Source of the DNA: Phoronis australis
Taxonomy: Eukaryota > Animalia > Phoronida
Direction: 5' to 3'
Length of the DNA stretch: 64,000 nucleotides
Assembly: GCA_002633005.1 (NCBI GenBank)
Contig: NMRA01000648.1
Span: 16,467 to 80,466 of the forward strand
In this document: positions 49,793 through 63,966 of the stretch, piece after piece
Position numbering within the stretch: the first letter of the stretch is position 1
Layout: each line of letters opens with the position of its first letter
Position numbers and translations under genes: made by a program
Notes under the pieces: model-generated
The model's input: only the letters and a program-made list of their open reading frames with translations
What the model was told of the DNA's origin: nothing
Databases searched by the model: none

Positions 49793-52194
49793 TTGGTCGC
49801 GGTGACCGTTTCGCACAGGGTAATTGCAAGGTGTTATAAATCCGCTTTTCATCAAGCAAGAAATTTTGATTTAAATCACTTGCCGTTATAAAACTAAGAG
49901 CCATTTCATGAAAAATGACGTTAGCCTTAAATGGTTATAATCGGGAGAAAAGGGATTTCTATGTCCATCTGGTCTCCCTAACCCCCGCAGTGGCAGTCTG
50001 CTCTGTTGACGGTGCTAAAGGCTACTCAATAAATGTTATTTGCGTATTTCAAGTCACCAGCCTTGAATTCAGCGAATGTCTACCAGACCACAACGAGAAT
50101 TGGCGTTTTTTTAATAAAAGCAAAAGACAACAGATTCCTTTGTTTCATAAATCTGTTCAAAGTTGATAACTTCAAAAAGTCTATCCTATCCACCAGCAAC
50201 CCTAATAATGTGTTTCTAGGCCGTAAAACCGATATTGTCTTTAAAGTCCCAAGCAGCTCCAACAAGGTCAAGCACATTTCAGTCTTTCCTCGATCTCTTT
50301 TCGTTCTAATGACGTAACACATCACGGTACCAAGAATATATAACAATTACCTGATTAAATACCAACTAATCATGTCGGCTATGCTCTCTGACACTATGCT
50401 GGTTGCTGACGTGAGTGAGATTTTTGAGTATTTAAGAACACTTTTTTGGAAATTATTTGGACGAGCGCCCGTGCGAAATTTCAGATTTTTGCCGGAAGAG
50501 ACTTTCACGAAACAGAGCCCTGATGTCAAAGTATCCCTTTTCAAACGAGATACAAATTCTGGGTTTGAAAAGAACTGGGCGTTTGTTATTGCTAGAGGCC
50601 AGGCTAAATTAGTTATTCCAAACGGACAATTGTATGCGCCGAATATATTCTGAGTTCCTTCCAAACCCAAGAAGTTACCTCTCGTCTGAGTGAAGGAAAA
50701 GGTTATTTATAATTTTATAGCGGCAAATGATCAAAAGGTTGGTTTGTAGCAGGTCCAAATTTGCCTTCACAAACAACCCTTGAGGGTGCACAACGGGGAC
50801 AGTTGGGCGGAAGCTTCGTCCGTTCGGGTAACCAAGTCTCCTAATCTTCCGGGACTGCCCCCTGTTGACGAATTATCAAAGATGACATCCGTAATTGTAA
50901 TACGCTATGCGTCTTGGTTGTCAAAACCAACTCAGATGATATTACGGGAGAGAAACGGAGGCGCCAGCTGCAGGCCTCAGACTTATGGAGAAATACGAAG
51001 CACTGACCTTTGATGGTAATTATTACCATAGCAACGGTATCAACAATATGACCAAATTTCATTTGATTTAAATGTGTAAGATGAAATCTCAAACTTGAAA
51101 AACTCTGTTGCTCTAGTTTTCTAAATTATAATTTTGTTTTTGTCTTTGTAACGTTTGATTTTTTCATGACTATCACGGAAGTCATATTTTCGGAGTGCGA
51201 AAGTGGAGAATTTTGAAAATAATTCCTAACAGCGTACTTACTTTACAGCTCAACATATTATATTACTTTTGTATTTATCGATATCTGTAGTAGTTTGTCA
51301 TAATATATATGGATTGACCTTTTATCTCATCTACACACGTTGTTTCACTGTAAACTAGCTTCGGTATCGCTTCTCAGTTAGCGCATATAAAGCATGGTAT
51401 CTGAAGTTTCCATCAGACTCCGTTGGGTCATTTCGAAGATACGATCTTCCCAAGTTTAGTACCCAAATTTGAAATTTTTATAGTCCTATGCAATCTTAAT
51501 AGGGCCGTGCTGAATTACACGGCGATAGAACTCTCCTTTGTCCCGAAGGTGAGAAAGTGCGTGACCTCGTTTTGGAAATCAGGCACATTTTCGCGCCTCT
51601 TATTGATGTTGCAAAGGCGAGGAATTTCAGATCACGCATCCACGGGTATTTTCCAGTTTATCAAACATTCTAACGTCGGAGCAGCAGCCCACAGCACGGC
51701 TGCAATACGTCGTTGGCTCTGGAGAAAAGCTTGACGACAACAACGAATAGCATGAAAACAAGGCAGTAAATGCGCCTGCCAGATATTTGCGGCTTTGTGG
51801 GTAAATGCAGCGAGATTTGAGTATAGCTGTGTAATCCGGGACAGTTCTATAAGCGTGTAACTAACATGTTGTTGGACGTATTGGTAACTGGTCGATAGAT
51901 GGCAGCATTGTACAGTATGGCATGTGACGTTCATTCAAGGATTGGCTATCGTTCTACGTTACCGAGACTCCTACTTCAGGCGTCCATTTGTGTCTCTTCG
52001 TGTTGTCAGGTATTGTTGTGTTTGTGAAGTGCAGGGGAGAGTTCTTGGCGTGCTCAGTGTGGATAAATGTATTTGATGTCATATTATGCTCGGTTACACA
52101 ACGGTAGGCCTACATGTTTTTAAACAATGAAACAGCTGAATATAAATATGCAACTCTTAAACCGGTATGGAAATGTGCATCGCAAACATTTTTA

Positions 52195-52260
52195 AGTGGA
52201 CTAGAGCGTCTGCACGTATGCAGAAAGTCGTGGGTTTGAGTCCAGGTTGGGGCAGAAATC
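52195..52260 (+). mobile_element. tRNA-like SINE head remnant
   Basis: AGTGGACTAGAGCG (A-box-like end) ... GTCGTGGGTTTGAGTCC (B box). Confidence 0.4.
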
Positions 52261-53988
52261 TTTTCACAGACTTACATTCATTACATGACGTGATATGGCC
52301 ACAGGTGTCTTGCTGACCAGACTTAACTTGAAAATGCTTGCGATAAAGCAGCTGAAATCGAGAAAAACAAACAAAGTGAATGCTCGAATTTGTATTACCT
52401 TGCTTCTTTTATTGCTCAACACAACGCACGGGAATATTTGAAAAACGCTAGGAAAACGCAACATTAAGTAGTGAGTAAACCTTTCGCCCGACATCACAGT
52501 GGCGCAGAGTAGATACAAGAGTTTAGATATACAATTGAATCATTAAAAGCACTTGTCATACCAATCAAATATTGGCGGGACTATATGAGGAAATGTTTAA
52601 CACACTTATTTATCAACTCATGTCTAGACTACTAATTCTTCGCTCAAGCATGTAATATTCTGCCAAGGTAGACATTCACTTTGATAAATGTCATATCGTA
52701 AAATAGTTGTTTTGCAAAATTGCTACAAAAATACACAAGATACATGTAACAAGCTGTTAAGGTGCACGACAAATCGACGGTTGTTATTGCAAAATGCCGA
52801 ACTAACATGTCCGTTCGTTGTTCATTAGTTATTGGTAAATAACAAAAATGACATAATTGTGCAACAATGCTCTATAATATAATAACAGTATTATGAGAAT
52901 GTAAAACTTAACCTAATCGCAGTTAAAAGTGCTATGCTTGCATATACCACAATATTCTAGCAGATAAAACGTTAAATTGTGTCATGCAAACAGCTACAAG
53001 ACAATGTACCTTATGTGAAAAACATAGTCAATGCGGAGAAATTGACTAGACAGTTTATGGTTAAGAACCAGTGAACTTGCAATAACGTCACCAGTACGTA
53101 ATGGTATTCTGGCGTGTTTCACTCAAGCGATTACTGTGGCCTGTGTAGATCTTGTCATTGAGATGACCACAAACAACATCAGACCCTTGTACCATTGCAG
53201 TTGAAGTTGTTACAAGAAGTAGATGCTGTTGGGTATAACCTATAGTCGTGTGTATCAAATTCGAAGTATATGTAAAACACTAAATATATCAACAAATATC
53301 TCTTAACTCCTCAAAGCACCGCACGTACACGAAAAGCCAAAGAGAATGTTTCGCATACGCCCTCAGTATACTTAACTTGATCACATTTATAATACAGCGA
53401 TGTAAAAAAGTTAATGATGCCTCGAGATCTTGGAACGAGAACATTGCTTGTCTCCTTTCTATTGCTACATTAAAAACGACAGTATTTTTGTATTTACCAT
53501 TCACACAGTCTACATGTCAAACTTATTTTCGTTCTGCGGTGGTGGTTTAGATATGAAATCGATGCGCCTGTATACAATGTAAATATTACACAGTGTATAG
53601 AAAAAAACAAACAAATGCCTACAAATACATCCTTCTCCACACCTCAGCACTTAAACCGTGGTCAATGCTAGCAAATAGTTTCTGGATGAAAACATCACAA
53701 ATAAATAATTCAGCACAATATAATTTACTTTCATAACAATAAATTATAAGTTAAATGGAAAAAGTTCAAATGAGATGAGAAGTTTTCAAAAATATCAAGA
53801 ACTTTGTAGAAGTTCACACGCCAGGGTATTCAACATACATACTTAATTAGCAGTGTCGTATTTAATGACTCATTACATTCAATTACCCAAAAAAAACACA
53901 TTTATGTTTACTGAGGCGTGCAATACGATCGGTGAATTTCTGAGTACAGTTTTGATCAACGTTAGTCATTCCCCGACTGACTGCTACC

Positions 53989-56900
53989 TTAGTAATCTGG
54001 CGGCGGAGGATCCTTTAACTTCAAACTGTAGCGGTTAGGGTTGGGTTGGTACCGCCTCGGGATAGCGTAGTGATCTCTTTCGTCCATCTTTCTCCTGATC
54101 GTGCGATAAATCTCGTTGCCGGTGGCGTATTTGCTCGTACCCTGCCTACCACTGCGAGACCCTGTCTCAATGCTGACGACGGATATTGCATCCGTGCCGC
54201 CTTCACTAGGCGTTTCGTCCACGGCAAGCTCACGCCTCAGTCTACTCAATCGCCTCTGGAAATTATGGCTCAACGTTTTGCCGAAGTTACGTGTCCTCAT
54301 CTGGTTCCTCGCGTGACTCATACGCCTCATGCTCTTCCGTCGCTCCAGGCCATACATTCCGCTAGTTGCTTCGCCTGCGACGTTTCCACTAGCCAGTCGA
54401 TTGAGCCGCCTCTGGAAAATGTCTTGCAAGTCTGCGCCACCATTAGGATTGCCAGAATACATGCCTTGCATACCATAAGACTTCCCAGCATAAGCATAAT
54501 CGTCCATAGCCCCCGCTCTGGAATAAATGTCTTCGTCATCGCTTGGAATGTCATTTGGAGGCTCATCCTCATCGCCATAGTCAGGTTCTGGTTCGTGCTT
54601 GGAGCCCTTGATCTGTTGGAGCGATTTCGTAATATCAATTGCGCGTTGAACGTCTTCTTCTGGATTTACGAAACGTTTTTGGCATGGTAGCCTGACCTCC
54701 GTGATAGCCAGCAGGTGGAGAATAGTGCCCCAGCGATGAACACACATGCCTATCACTTGCACCAGAAGAATGATGGTAAAGAAGATTAGGAAAACGAATC
54801 CAAGGGGTTCAAATTTGTTGATTTTTCCTTCTAGCGTTGGAATGGGCACAAAGAATGTGTCTCTGAGCTGTTCTTGTAACAACTGTAACTGAAACACAAT
54901 GACGATCCACAAGAAATTCATCATAAAATAACCAAAAACTACGCTGTTCCTTAATTCCTTCAAGTCACCGGCAATTTTCTTTTGTTCTTCTTTGTCTTCA
55001 TTCAAGGGATGAAGGTACTTTCGTAGCATTTGCTTCCAAAACACTAATTCCTTCTTGTCTAAATACGTAATTGGTCCATCACCAAGAACCTCATCCTCTA
55101 TCCAAGCTGGGTTCTTCAGCTCGTCTCTCTGTATACCAGATGGCTCGGGCTCTGGTTCTGGCTGCCTCGGTACAGCGGGCTCTACTGCACGCGTCGGTGG
55201 TGCTGTATCATTCATGTCAATAACGACTTGTGGGACGTGGTTTGGAGGAGTCACGTTTTGTTGCTGACTTACAGTTTCTGGTAGTTTAACCAAGGCTTCG
55301 TGAATCTTGAGTAAAAGATCATCCTGACTTTGCTGCTGATTTCTTGTTCCCATCATTGTGTTAAAGAAGTCTTTAAGCTCTTCAATGAGAGTGTTTATAC
55401 CCAACCAAGCTAGAAGGCCCTTCTTCTTTTTTTTCTTCTTTGCCTCTTCGGCTGCTTTCGCCTCCATTTCTTGTTCTTCTTTTGTCTTCTTTTTTGGGAC
55501 CTCACGTGTCCCCCATGAGACGTTGTTTAAGTTACACAACGAGTAAATGATGAGAAGCAGGTAACCAGATGGAATACACAAAAAGTACAATGCTCCAGGA
55601 ATGAGGCACGAAAACTCCTGAGGGTGCAGCATGGCGCTGATGAGGAAAAATGCGACCAAAGCGACTAAGAAAATTACATTGGGACTGAGGATAGACTCAG
55701 TAGCCGCGTTTATCACTGTACCAACTATGACTATCATCATGATAATAGAGTAAAGTGCGCTCATTATGGTTGCGACGTCCAGCTGTGTTTTTGACTTGCA
55801 CGTAAGACACAATATCATGAAGAAAAAGGCAGGCCCAATGGAAAGACCGTACGAAGCCCAAAGATTTGTGCCAATAACGGAGTTGTATGAGCCTGCAATC
55901 ATCATTAAAACCGTCGCGGGTCCCAGAATAGTGGAAATTAGCAAAAGGAACTGGTAAAAAATGTAGAGATAACTGATGTTGTCATTCACACTGACAGTGT
56001 TCTTGTAGTCGGAAAGCAGATCCATGATATTGGCCATTGTTGACGGGCCCCATCGACGTCTCTGGTTGAAGAACTCTCGAAACTGTTCCGGGGCATAAGT
56101 TAAGGCGTCTGATGCCGCACAGTACTCAACACGATACCCTTGCTGTAAGAGTAGTGTGCACAGCCAACGATCTTCCCCTGAAATCAAAAAATAGATATCA
56201 AAATTAAAGGCATTTATGTATTACATGACTACACTCAAAACATAAAACGAAAAACATCACTTACGAAAAAAACTTAAAAGACAGGAATATTTCTTTACAA
56301 TCACCTTGTTTGTCATGTCTTAGTTTTTAAATGTGTTATGGGTACCTTGGTCGTATTGTACATAATGTCCGGCTTCAGTTGGCTTTATAGTGTAGGTTTT
56401 CATCACGTTGTCGTCCATAATGGCTGAGCCTCGGAAAAGACTGAAACATCCGGGACTGCACAAGACACAGCCAAACACGTGCTCCGCTGCCTTTTGCATC
56501 CAGTGACCGATTGCGTACTCGAACTTCTGATACCACACCATTGGTCCTGCACAATACACATGGATATCTGCATGATTCTGTAGTCTCAATATGATATCTA
56601 GTTATCGTAAGTGACATTATCCTGCACAGGTGAACGAAACATTTGACGAGTAAAGGGCGAACTGAATCCGCAATGCTTCGTCGAGGAATCTACGAGAACA
56701 CTTCGGCAATTCTCCGTGAAGAGTTTAAACACAGGTCAAGTGAACCAGACTCTTCATTTCAGTTATTTAACATAACAAAACAATTTATGCAAAAACTCTT
56801 AACAAAAATAAAACCCCTGTTAGTTAGTGATTCAAAAAGTGGCATCTTTGCTGTCTAGTTTGGAAATCTTTCAAGAGGTTGTCGACAAAAGAAGTCCTCA

Positions 56901-59900
56901 AAAGTGATTACATTTCTCTAGCTCATATAACGTTTTTAACATTGTAAGAAAAGGTAAGCCAACACAACCTTTAGAAAGCGAAGATTTGAAAAAGATTGTA
57001 AGATAGAAACCATCGACTCAATTAAACGCTTTGGGTTTCATTTGGGTTGGCCGACCTTAAAATTACAAATTCGAAAATGGACCACGTACATATACGCCTG
57101 CCTGGTGCATTCGGCAAAAATTCAGGATTGCATGAGTGTGACAATGTTTTTAAATCCTAAAGCGCTTCGGTTAAGAATAGAACATCGACTGCTAGGATAG
57201 CAACAAAATCCCCTTAAAAGAATAACACGAACCCCTCAAGGAACAAAACGGCAATTCACTCATTTGTATTCCCATAGTTTTGCTTTTTTTTACTTCAATG
57301 AGCCCCCGAATTTGGCGAATTGGGCAAAAAGATCCGCCTCAGTGAAACAAAAAGTAAACGAGTAAAAAAGTCCACAAAGTGCACAGGAATTCGGCGCAGA
57401 TAGACAATTCGTAGGCCTGAACCTAGTTGCCCCGTTTTTTAGTCCTCGTCGATTTTTTTTCAGTAAAAGGTCCGCATACGGAAAAATTCGAGCCCCCTGT
57501 ATTTTAGGGTGGGGGCTTGCATGGTGATATGAGCTGCGAAAATTTAATTACTTAAAAGTGGCTCAATTCATTCCTGTTTTTGGCAGCTAAATATAAAGGA
57601 AGCCCATAGGACAATCAATCATTACAGATCTTACTATTAAATTCTTCATAGATAAACAATTGTTCTTTATTTTAACCTTTGACCTTTGATTAATTACAAA
57701 AATCTATTTTCATATCAAGGTAGAAACCCTGTAATTGAGAAACGTTCATCTGTAAGGATACTATCGTCCTTATCTTTGGTTTACATTTGTTTAAGAAGCA
57801 ACTAAACTGGGGACGTTACAAACGAAGTAAAGCAGGGACACCATGATGGACTGCTTTACATTATGTTGATTAAATCCTTGTAATAATGTAGTATACTTCC
57901 TCTCCACAGTGCTTGTTAAAGATAATCCAGTCCATGGGATACTGCATGATTTACGATGGGTTTGTACGGTCTTTCAAGGACTGTCTTACACAAAACGCTA
58001 CTTACAGATGACATTTGTCAATTTTATAGCATTTAAAAATCAATTACCGAACAGTACTTGAGAGAAATGTACAGTGTTTTTCAAAAAGCAACCAGACTCT
58101 GGCAGATTTAGGAGGGGGCCAAAGGGGCCATGCCCCCCTAAAATTCTCCCAGATTCCATTTGGCATTTCGGGGGTGCGAATGTCTGACGGGCTAATACTC
58201 TGCCCTGCCCCCCCCCCAACTCAAAATCCTGGAATCGCCCCTGAGACTGGCAAAGCGAGTGTTGTCTAACCTGCTCCAATAGGATGAATACGTCCACAAG
58301 CCGCACCGACTTTCTTGTTCTTTTTCATCCTATCAATCAGTAATCGCACAGCATCTGGTTTAAAGTCAACGTCACCATCAAGGGCCAACAGGAACGTGTT
58401 CTCAGCCTAAGGAAATCGAACAGATTGTACGTTTTATGCACTGCCTATTGCGATAACCACGCACGCACTTATGACTCCTGCAATGTTTATCAAAATGTGT
58501 TTGCTAATCTTGGCATCTAGTTCCGCGATAACTTCTTTTTGTCACTTGAGCCCAACTGCATAAACCTATACGCTGGCTAGTAACGGTGACGTCGCATTAT
58601 CTCGCGCCAGCTGCTATTGTTGAGCAATACACATGACGTCATGCAACAATCTCACTTATCCAAAGAATGTGTCTCCCAAGTTTTACGCAACCCAATCCTA
58701 ATAGGGGCTTACTCAGGCTAATTAATTTCAGTTACCGCTGAAACGATGTAACGTAGGGTAACACGAGTTCTTGTCCACAGAATAGCAGTTACTTTAAGTA
58801 TACAAGAGCGTGTCAAATAACTTAAAATACCTGCTGGTGCAGTTTCTCGCTGACATCGTCAAAAATCTCTGATTTGGTGAAGTGGTCCGCTTTTCCCCTC
58901 CGGTTGAGAGCTCGAGTGGACCACGACGCAACCTTTTTGTTCATTCTATCTTCCAACTGTTGGAGAGGGCTACTCTCCCGGTTACCAAATAGCTTGAAGC
59001 CGAGTAAGTAGTACATATACATATTCTGAAACAAGAGTTGCATGAACAAGCTGTGAGCAATTGACCTTTGACCTTTTTAAGGACCCTCCTTAGCTAGTCT
59101 GGCTGATGATCTGGACATGTGTATAATACCATCCACGCGAAGTTTTACGTCTAAAAGGTTATACGTGAAGACTTGGGAGTCAACAACGCCTATAAATAAA
59201 GACTTGCAAAACACCTAGGCAAAAACAAAGCATCGTTTGGGATGTAAGCATAATGCGCGCATAAACGGTAATCGTGAAAGCTAACTGAAAGTATATACCA
59301 TAAAAAATTATTTTCGATCACAACGACAAGAAATACAAATAAGTCATTTATATCGGATTTATCAAACTTTGGGTGTTACACAGGATGTCTCCAAAATGTT
59401 CATACAATTTAAATGACAATTATGTGCGTCGTTTATTAACTTAGGAACAAGATCATTGGTTTTAATTCCGAAAGAGGCGATCATAAATGATACAAATCAA
59501 AATAGATACATTGTTTGTTAACGTGGAAAGGGGGTTAAATGTCTTCGCACTTTGACTTTTATTAGTTTTCAGCAGCATTTCGAGATAGATTTTTCGCTCT
59601 ACAAAATTGAGTAGTTTGCCATTCCGTTACACGTAGTGGCTGACTTCTACATCTGGTCTGGGTGCAGAGTTTAATCCGCAGGTACTGAATTTGATCTCCA
59701 GGCCTTGCACTGAATCGCGAGTACATTATTTTCTGGAACACCTTGTAAACGTTAGAGATGGATGATGGCGATGTCTTGATTGTACATGTATATCAGTATC
59801 AACTATTTTAGCCACGCCACCAGGTGTCGTTTGTGTGCAGGTGACATCGTATTGTAAATAAATCGCTCAACAGTGTTTACTGTATATTTAGGTTAGCTGA

Positions 59901-62900
59901 GATCAGCAGAAAAGGAAATCTTCCTAATTCTTGAACGTACCTGCGACCATCTCTTTCTGTGACGAATCTTTTGTTTATCCTTGAGGTGAACCACGAGATT
60001 AGTACCTCCCGGTAAAATCCATGTCATTTGTCCACCGTACGGGGTCGGGGTCTTTTCCGGGGGAGGCATTTCTATGACGCACTCGTGAACCGAGCTGTAG
60101 GGACAAAAGATGACAGAGAGATAATGTTAGCTATATTTCACTATTACGTTGTCCAATAAAAAATTATTAAACCAATCGCGTGTTCTCTGTCAATGCCTGA
60201 AGGGTATTGTCAAACAGCACCACAGTCGAAAACCATTAGACAGGAAACCAAAGTGTTTCTCACCTCGCAGCCTCGTCGATAACTTCAACAAACTTCACAA
60301 CAAACTGGTTTGGTACCCACTCTTCGTTGTCGTTCATGTCCATGCAATCGTCAAAAAGGATGTGAGCTGTGAAGCGAAGATTAAGTTACTTGAGGCACAA
60401 ACATTTACTAGACATTTTGGTTAAATGACGTCACGTGTACCGTATAAGTTACATGTACACCAACAGACAGACAAAATACCGAATTCCTATGACTCGGCGT
60501 ATAACATCATCCGAGAGTTACGGCATTTATTTTGATTTATCCGGAAGCTGTCAAGGTTTTTGGTAAAGATTGCCGTAAACATAGATTGTGTACTGTAAAA
60601 ATGCTCGATTAATTTGTTCAGGTGACATGTAAACCCAAGAGGGTGGGAATGTAATGTTCTCTCGTGTCCTCTAGTACTGGTTCTACAGTGATAAATCCAT
60701 GTCGTCATAATAAAATGAATAAACAAAATGTATAATCTCTTACTTTCAAACTCGTAATAGTCCGGGTCAGTTACGCCAAATGCTTCTTGAGCACATCTTC
60801 TGGCACTTTGGTCTGCGTCCATTCTGGAATATTTAAATAATGTTCGGAGTGTAATTCTTTCTCCCAGAATAAAGGGTATATAAACCCTTCCAACACAAAA
60901 ACTAACTTTTGATTAAGGCCACTTTCCTTCATAAAATTGGTCTCAAATTGTTTCTTAGTCACATTGAAGAGGATTCCAGGGCTTCAAATGACCTGACAGT
61001 GTGGGACCAGGCCCTTCAAGTTGGCTTGTCACGGCATGTCATTCAATGTGCAGAGCATGGTCTAACCATATAACAAACTGCAAGAGCTTTGCAAGCACAG
61101 AAGTTATTTTTCTTCTGAGTTAGGAACAAGCTGTGACCAATTTTTAGTGGCAAGTGGTCAAAATAAAAATTGCATTTGTGATTGATTACTAAAGTTCCAT
61201 TACGTGTCGTTAAATATGCACGTGATTGATTGCTACAACACTGCAATCACGGACTTACAGTATCACTGTAGAAACGTTAATAAAGATAATCTTTTCAAAA
61301 GATTGTTATTGTTTGTTTTGAATAGATATCTGATGTTTTCAATGCCATCATTAAAATGTGCATCTTTACCTAAAAACGGACTTCAACAGCTGAGTCATCT
61401 CGTTTTTCGTCTCGTGCCACATGGTTGCGCATGCGTAAATCTTGGGCACTATTCGCTCCTCCTCCTCTTCTGCTATGGAATGGTCGTCGTCTTTCTTGTG
61501 TGCTATGTCATCCGAATCTTCAGTCGAGTTGCTCTCCGACTCAACATAATGGACATTGCCAGTCCCGCACCAAATAACTTCTTTATCGTTTGAACGTCTA
61601 TTAAGTGCCAACGACTGCTCAATAAGAGCACCACAGTAACCGGGAACCACGAACAATCTGAAAAATAGTTGCGTCAGTGCGGAGATTTTACTTCGGTTAC
61701 AGTGGAGAAGATAGTAGAAGCATGCAAATGCCGACCTAAAAAACAATGCTTTCCCTCAAATGAGTTTGGTGCTTATCTCAGCTCAATGTAATTCAAAGGT
61801 TTGTGCAACAATGCATCACACAGTTCAAGTCAGCTCTATATTAAGTCCAGCTAAAATCGCAAACTAATTCAAATTAAGTTGCTGAATCTTCCCGCTGACG
61901 CAATCAGTTTTTTTAAAGTGATATGTGTTTATTGAAGAATACACAAGACATACAAAGAAGTGATGACAAACCCAGAAATCGCGAAGCATTATATCTGGGT
62001 TGTAAACAATTCATAAATGAAACTAACATACATAGATGTATATACATTTAAGTAGTATCTAATATAAGTATCCCAATATTTAGATATGTTATTGCGAATA
62101 TATAAAAACAAAAACATGTACATATTCATGTATGGAAATCAGAAGCAGCAATATTGATAAACGGTACATAAAAATTTGACGCAATCAGTGAACGATATCT
62201 CGCGGTATCAAAGAACCAGAGCAAATAGTCTTATCCCAAAACATGTACCGAAACAATGGTTTTCAAAGACGTCGCTGCATGCGGCTTCAAAATTGCATTT
62301 ATACAACCTCAGATATAAAGCACTTTACCACAAACTTCAAGTATAATGGAACACTTACGGTTTACGAAGGTTAGCGACTGCATGAGCCAACATATAACGT
62401 ACATGAGTGCAAATAGAAAACTACACTCACTTTTCTGCTTTTGCCATTCTGTCTTGTTGAGGGTACCAGATGTGACTGGCTATGTACATCTGTGTCGCCC
62501 ACCAAAGCACGAAGATTCCTATATGAAAGTAGAAGAGACCGTTGTCTTTGTCTTTTTCGGGACAGTACCAAGAGTACGGACCAGGGATGAACGCATATCC
62601 TTGACAGTGAAGTATGATAATGGCTAGAGTTACCGGGGAGGCCAGTGTCAACGGGAGGCTGAAGCTAATCTTCTGCATACAGAGTTTACAAGCCAGGCGT
62701 GCAAAGTAAAAACATATCATCGTTGACAAAATCTGCGCAATGGCTGGGGAATATTCGATGAGAAATCCCACAAATGCCAAAGTACTCTCGCTTGAAGTTG
62801 AATTGCTAGACGAATTACCAGTTTCCATCTCTTCTAATGCTTTAGTTGCATTGAAGGTGGTCCAAATACCAATTTTGTACCCGGGTACCAGAATGTACGC

Positions 62901-63966
62901 GAACGCAATTGTCCAGCCGAGCTTCCACAGAGAGGATATCGGTAGTGACTTCTGACGACTCTCGTGCAGTTCTGCCTTGAATTGCCTGACGCTGACTGGG
63001 ATTCGACCAAATAGCCACTTGTCTTGTTCCGCGAAATTCTCCCACCATGTAAGAGATACCAAGAGCAGAGAAAGTACGATTTCCCACGTTAAGGAATCCA
63101 AGGTAAAGCTGGAAAGGTTTTCCCACAAAGAAACCTTTCGCCAGAAACTGTTTACTGGAAAGCGATGACCAGGCGGCGCCATAGTCGTGGTTACATTCAC
63201 TGTAGTCCCGTTGACGGTCGTCATGTCAGCCATCGTACTCGGGCTCTGAGTGGAATCTCCGTTGTTCATTACGGAGTCGTCAACGAATCCTGTGAGGACT
63301 ATTACAATTCCCGCTGTAAGCTGAATGAAGAACGCAGCGCACGTCAAAATTTTAGATATTATCTGCCGACGTTTGAATGCGTTCAAGTCATCGTTTTCGC
63401 GTAACGTAGGCGTGGGCTTCTTTTTAAAGAAAATTTTGCAAAATCCCGGTACAGTCGAGACTGCACTGGTGACAAGTAATGCCCGCACCATTTCTAACTT
63501 CGGAAGAACTCTGAATACCAGTAGACAGAGGCCAAACGTATGAAGTAGTTCAAATATCAGAATCTGAAATAGAAGAATATTCGTTTAAGTTGCATCAAAC
63601 AAAATAAAATACGGTACAATATTTTCTGATTTAGCAAGCCTATTTTTGCTTCTCAATTTATCGAAACGCAGAGTACTTCGTGAGAAAAAGGAAACTTGGG
63701 CTTAAAATTTTATATTTTCAGCTAACGAATATAATCACTGACCTTTGTATAAGTATTGACCTTGAAAGTTTGAAGACGTGTATTGCGTTTCGCATATAAA
63801 GGAGACTTACCTTTAGTAAGCAACGGAATTTTGGGAAAGGCATGCTTCCAAACATGGCCTTGAAAAGATAGGTAAGGAACGTGAGGCAGTATGGCACACA
63901 GACGCACACGATCACTAGAGTCAAGTGTGAGTTTCTCGCTTCATCGTGTTGTTCTTTGAGTGGATG
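53989..63966 (-). CDS. Chitin synthase (GT2), 3' ten exons; N-terminus beyond window
   Basis: Exons (5'->3') 63966-63811, 63563-62431, 61657-61370, 60823-60744, 60366-60264, 60094-59941, 59025-58831, 58406-58271, 56546-56346, 56177-53989 (4635 nt, in frame). Motifs CATMWHET, RHRKRWSQ, LALDGD, YQKFEY, CSPGCFS, GEDRW, QRRRW, SWGTRE; multiple TM helices. Confidence 0.97.
58101..58243. mobile_element. Short G/C-run MITE, same family as 44268-44669
   Basis: GGCAGATTTAGGAGGGGGCC...CTGCCCTGCCCCCCCCCCAACTCAAAATCCTGGAATCGCCCCTG. Confidence 0.6.
59381..59745. mobile_element. Degenerate Tc1/mariner-type MITE
   Basis: Left CAGGATGTCTCCAAAA, right reverse complement TACAAGGTGTTCCAGAAA; both resemble CAGGGTGTCCCAAAA mariner ends. 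Confidence 0.4.
61909..62176 (-). mobile_element. 5'-truncated non-LTR retrotransposon 3' end with 13-bp TSD
   Basis: TGACGCAATCAGT at 61896-61908 and 62177-62189; T-run next to the left TSD, AATAAA on minus at 61928-61933, stem-loop ACCCAGA...CGAAGC...TCTGGGT. Confidence 0.75.

Noticed and set aside
54046-54690. 214-aa plus-strand ORF
   Set aside because: Antisense shadow of the chitin synthase terminal exon, with no recognisable domain.
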